This document shows positions 60,381-64,000 of a DNA stretch of 64,000 bases, in pieces. The notes beneath the pieces were generated by a model. That model was given only the letters and a program-made list of their open reading frames with translations. It did no database searches and was not told the origin of the DNA. Within the stretch, counting starts at the first letter, position 1, and each line of letters starts with the position of its first letter. Origin of the DNA: Balanoglossus misakiensis (taxonomy: Eukaryota > Animalia > Hemichordata); the NCBI GenBank assembly GCA_040954595.2, contig CM082585.2:12080341-12144340 (forward strand), read 5' to 3'. A program made the translations under genes and the position numbers.

Positions 60381-63300
60381 CTAAGAAAAAGAGAAAACGT
60401 GATATGTTTTGATCGTGTAATATAAAACGCGAAATATTAGATGTCCACGTCGTGAGCAGAACTACGCGCATACTCGAAAAAAAAAAAAAAAAAACAGATC
60501 CCAAACGTGCAGATGAAATGTCAACCATATTATATGCATGTACGCCAGACTATCTTAACAACTTTACTTGTGCATACAAGCAAATGTCACACAACTATTT
60601 TGGTGACTATTACTTCAGGGTATGTAATCTTATAATTGCATCTGTTCTTCGTGATAGTTATCAATATTAATGTTTTCAAGAAAATAAAAGACGTATCTAA
60701 AAATACTTTCAGTTTCTAAAATACAAAGTTCTGTCTTATCTTCGAGAACAGTACTGGTTGCTGCTTGCCCGGTAGGCTTACAGACGGAATAAAATCGATG
60801 TCTTTCATGGCTACAAAGTAAGACGCACCGCCACAAAATATCCTTTCATATCCATGCGCAGCCTTCTGACAGGTCATTTCCTAATACCTATTACGAATAA
60901 TACAATTTTCTTAACAGTCAGGCTATTCAATTCATCGGCTACATAACAATGATATATATCATACGGCAAAGATACTTCAATTTCTTAATATATTCAGCTT
61001 GTGAGAATTATCAATAAAACGATATATTATTAATTAGAATTTCCTTTTAAAATATTATTTTTGATTATGTTCTTCTTAAATACTCGCAACTTTGACGTCC
61101 ACGTGTCAATTGTCGGCCTGTTTGACGAAACTAAAATCCGAAGAAACTACGTCGTTATCTGATGAGATATAATTCAGGATTTAGACGCATTATACACAGG
61201 CCAGTGTTTCCTTTCAGGGGTCGTTATTAATTTTCCTCGAACTATTCCATGAGCGCATCAGAATGGAACACTAGGCTACCGAAACATGCCGTTCCCCAGG
61301 ACATCCCCGAGCCGTAAAATTGATCACTATTAATGATTTTATCATGGGAGGGGGGGGGGGTAACCACCATAGCAGCGAAAATGTCATCCATCGCATTTCA
61401 AGATTTATGTTTGGAATTTACTTCACGTTGTCAAATATGTAATGTTTACAATTCAATTCACATTGCTAATCATTTCAAGGGAATTGCAGTAAATGGCAAT
61501 AAACGTTAAACGAAACTAAGAGGCTGATATCACCAGTCTACAGACCCTTACAAATTTATTCAAATAGTATAGCTCTACGTATATGTCGGTACTATCACCA
61601 CGTATGAGATTTTCTAAGTGACATCCCTCATAACAATTTTTCAGTTCAGAGTATGTGAAAATTAAATTCCACGAAACTAATCCACATTTTAAACTTATAT
61701 ACAGACGAAAATTCACCACTCAGAAGCCTTGACGCGCACCGATGTGTTAACTGAAACCTTTGATGTGTAATAACCAATTTTCCTAAGCTAGAAAATAGAC
61801 TATCCAGCTACAATTGAAGGAACAGACTTTCCTACGAGACAGTTTCGAACTTGAGGTGCAGAAATAGTGACCAAAAGAAATGTCACCTGTTTTCATTTTC
61901 ATATTTGGGTTTTCTGTTTCTGTATTTTAAACAAGATTAAGGAATTTGATAATAATACATTTAGATATATTTCGTGATAATAAGATATCCGTGCAAAACA
62001 GATGAATTTCATGAAATTGTCGTGACATTTGTGAAAATTGCTTGTTTTTCCATATTAGTAATTATATTTTTTACGAAGGTTATCATATAGAGCATGTAAT
62101 GACATTTGAAAATGGCATTACGTTGTTTATGGGTTGTATACAACATCCATTGACATCATTGGCGCTTGAAATTCAGGTCGACCATGTTCCCTTCATCTGT
62201 AATTATATTAGGATTTCACTTGGCTATTATTAGCTGCGGACATACATGCACTGAATGAGATCCAGAGTAGGAAGAAGGCAATAAAATGGAGCTTGCAAAA
62301 GATTCAATTTAAAGGGGGAAATGATGTAGTGCAGGGATAGGAAAATTATGAAGATCTTTTGAGGAGTGAAATGAAAAGGAATGTGAAGTAACTGAAGGGG
62401 CGGAAGAAGAGATTTGATTCAGTTTCTCTGTCGTTGATTTCCGCGCTTTCATCACTTCTTATACATTACTCTGTTCTAAACGTTGTATTCCCATCTGATT
62501 TCTCAAGAAGTAAGCATTCTCTCATTGCATTCGACACGCGAAGGATAGCAGCGGTTCTATTGAAACGTTCAGATTCCGTACTGGTTCTCTGTTATTTGAC
62601 TTTCTTGGCACAAAAGTTAACCTTCAAACAATGAACTTGTTGCCAAATGCTCAATATTCGGAACCTGTACACTTTTAAACGTCTAGATATTCCCAGTATT
62701 CCCGATTTCATCCTTAAAGTTTATTTAAACCATAAAACGTACCATCAAACAACAGAAAAAAACTACTATAGATATCGATTATCTGAAAATAAATTTGATG
62801 ACAATTCCTTGTACATTTTGCGTCCAGTGGGGAACGACTATGTAATTTGTGAGCTGTGACTCACTGTGCCTTTGAGCTCACTTTTGCCATAAGGCACTTT
62901 CAAATGAAAATCAAGTACCAGCTAAGATATATCGCCACCCCCCCCCCCCACAAAACAATGTACTCGTCTGTGTTTAGAGAAAATACACAACTAAGCTCCT
63001 TAAGAGTCTTTCTAATGACTGTAGTTAAGACAGTAAGTCTTCTAAATGACTAAAATGCAAAGCATCTAATCTCCTTACTTGTGTCTGAAGCTTTATCCTA
63101 CCTTAATGTCCTCAAAAGACCTATAAAGCGCATTTTGTCGAAATGTAAGATATACAGTAGGTTTCATTATACAGCAGACAGATGTTTAGGAGGAATTATT
63201 CTATTAATACGTTTCGGTAGTAAATGTCAAATCTTGCCCTGTTTTTTTAAAAGTGGCGACAGAATGTCATGTACATTTGTGAGGCAAACTTAAAGTCTAC

Positions 63301-63634
63301 GAAATTGTTTAGATTAAGCAGAGACTCTGGAGGAAAAGTGGCACATATTGACATGAAACCCTTACGTTTCTTTTCTTTCAAATGAGACTTGTCAATACAG
63401 ATTCACGATGCAGTTTGCACATTAATTTGTTAATAGCATATTGGTGAGCGTGACAGATGGAGAGTGTCGGTTATACTCCTACATCAGATAGCAGAAGATG
63501 ACAAAGTTTGATAGAAACACTTAATGCTGATGGGAGGTACACACTACGAGTTTAGTGTTCTCAGGAAGCCGTTGGGAAATGTTTCTGTCTGCGCTCAAAA
63601 TATCAGCTATGGTGGAGAATGCAACAGCGAATAA

Positions 63635-63796
63635 GTTTTCTTAGAGTGAACGAGGAAGTCAACCGAAGCAAAGACTGGGCATGACAGCAACTGACGATCC
63701 TAGTAGGTCGTGGCGACTGCAGTGGGGTTCGTGCTGGTATGGGAGGGCATATTCTCATCAAGGGGAAGACCCAAGCAACGCGACGACCCCTTCCCT
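63635..63796 (-). mobile_element. MITE family 1, copy 3 (inverted, one end decayed)
   Basis: GCGACGACCCCTTCCCT-TTAA end plus reverse-complement internal matches (AGGTCGTGGCGACTGCAGTGGGGTT, CATATTCTCATCA). The left boundary is approximate. Confidence 0.72.
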
Positions 63797-64000
63797 TTAA
63801 CTAAATGCATCTCATAGCGAATTGGCTCGTCAAGCGTACAGAACGGTCTCATTTCGCTTTATCTCCTTCGATGTTGCAAAGTAAGTCACGCGATAGTTAA
63901 CTTGTCACACGAAACCCACATCAATATTCAACGTTATCGAATGGCCTTTATACCAATTCCTACTTCATCATAATATCACGAACTTCTCTGATGTCAATTT

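Overview
Eukaryotic (intron-rich, AT-rich invertebrate; an echinoderm or hemichordate origin is my guess, not shown) genomic DNA at the edge of a satellite array. 1-~9.5 kb is an 87-bp tandem satellite that decays at its right edge and is interrupted by a 5'-truncated non-LTR retroelement. A full-length, apparently intact Ty3/Gypsy LTR retrotransposon (14331-22090, minus strand, 802-bp LTRs, CCAA TSD) sits in the second coding intron of the first of three tandem plus-strand Ig-superfamily membrane receptor genes. These are A: EGF-CUB-6xIg-TM-long tail; B: 4xLDLa-2xIg-TM; C: 1xIg-mucin stalk-TM-tiny tail. All coding introns in the three models are phase 1 and the genes share modules. Next come an intronless secreted collagen-stalk protein with three copies of an unrecognised globular domain (44090-45688), a small MGCxxS lipidation-motif ORF, and two tandem minus-strand neuropeptide-type GPCR paralogues (the second incomplete in the window), plus several MITEs. 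The best candidates for an undescribed system are the modular Ig-receptor cluster and the adjacent collectin-like protein with a novel head. Gene models were assembled by eye from GT-AG signals and reading frame, with no database searches.
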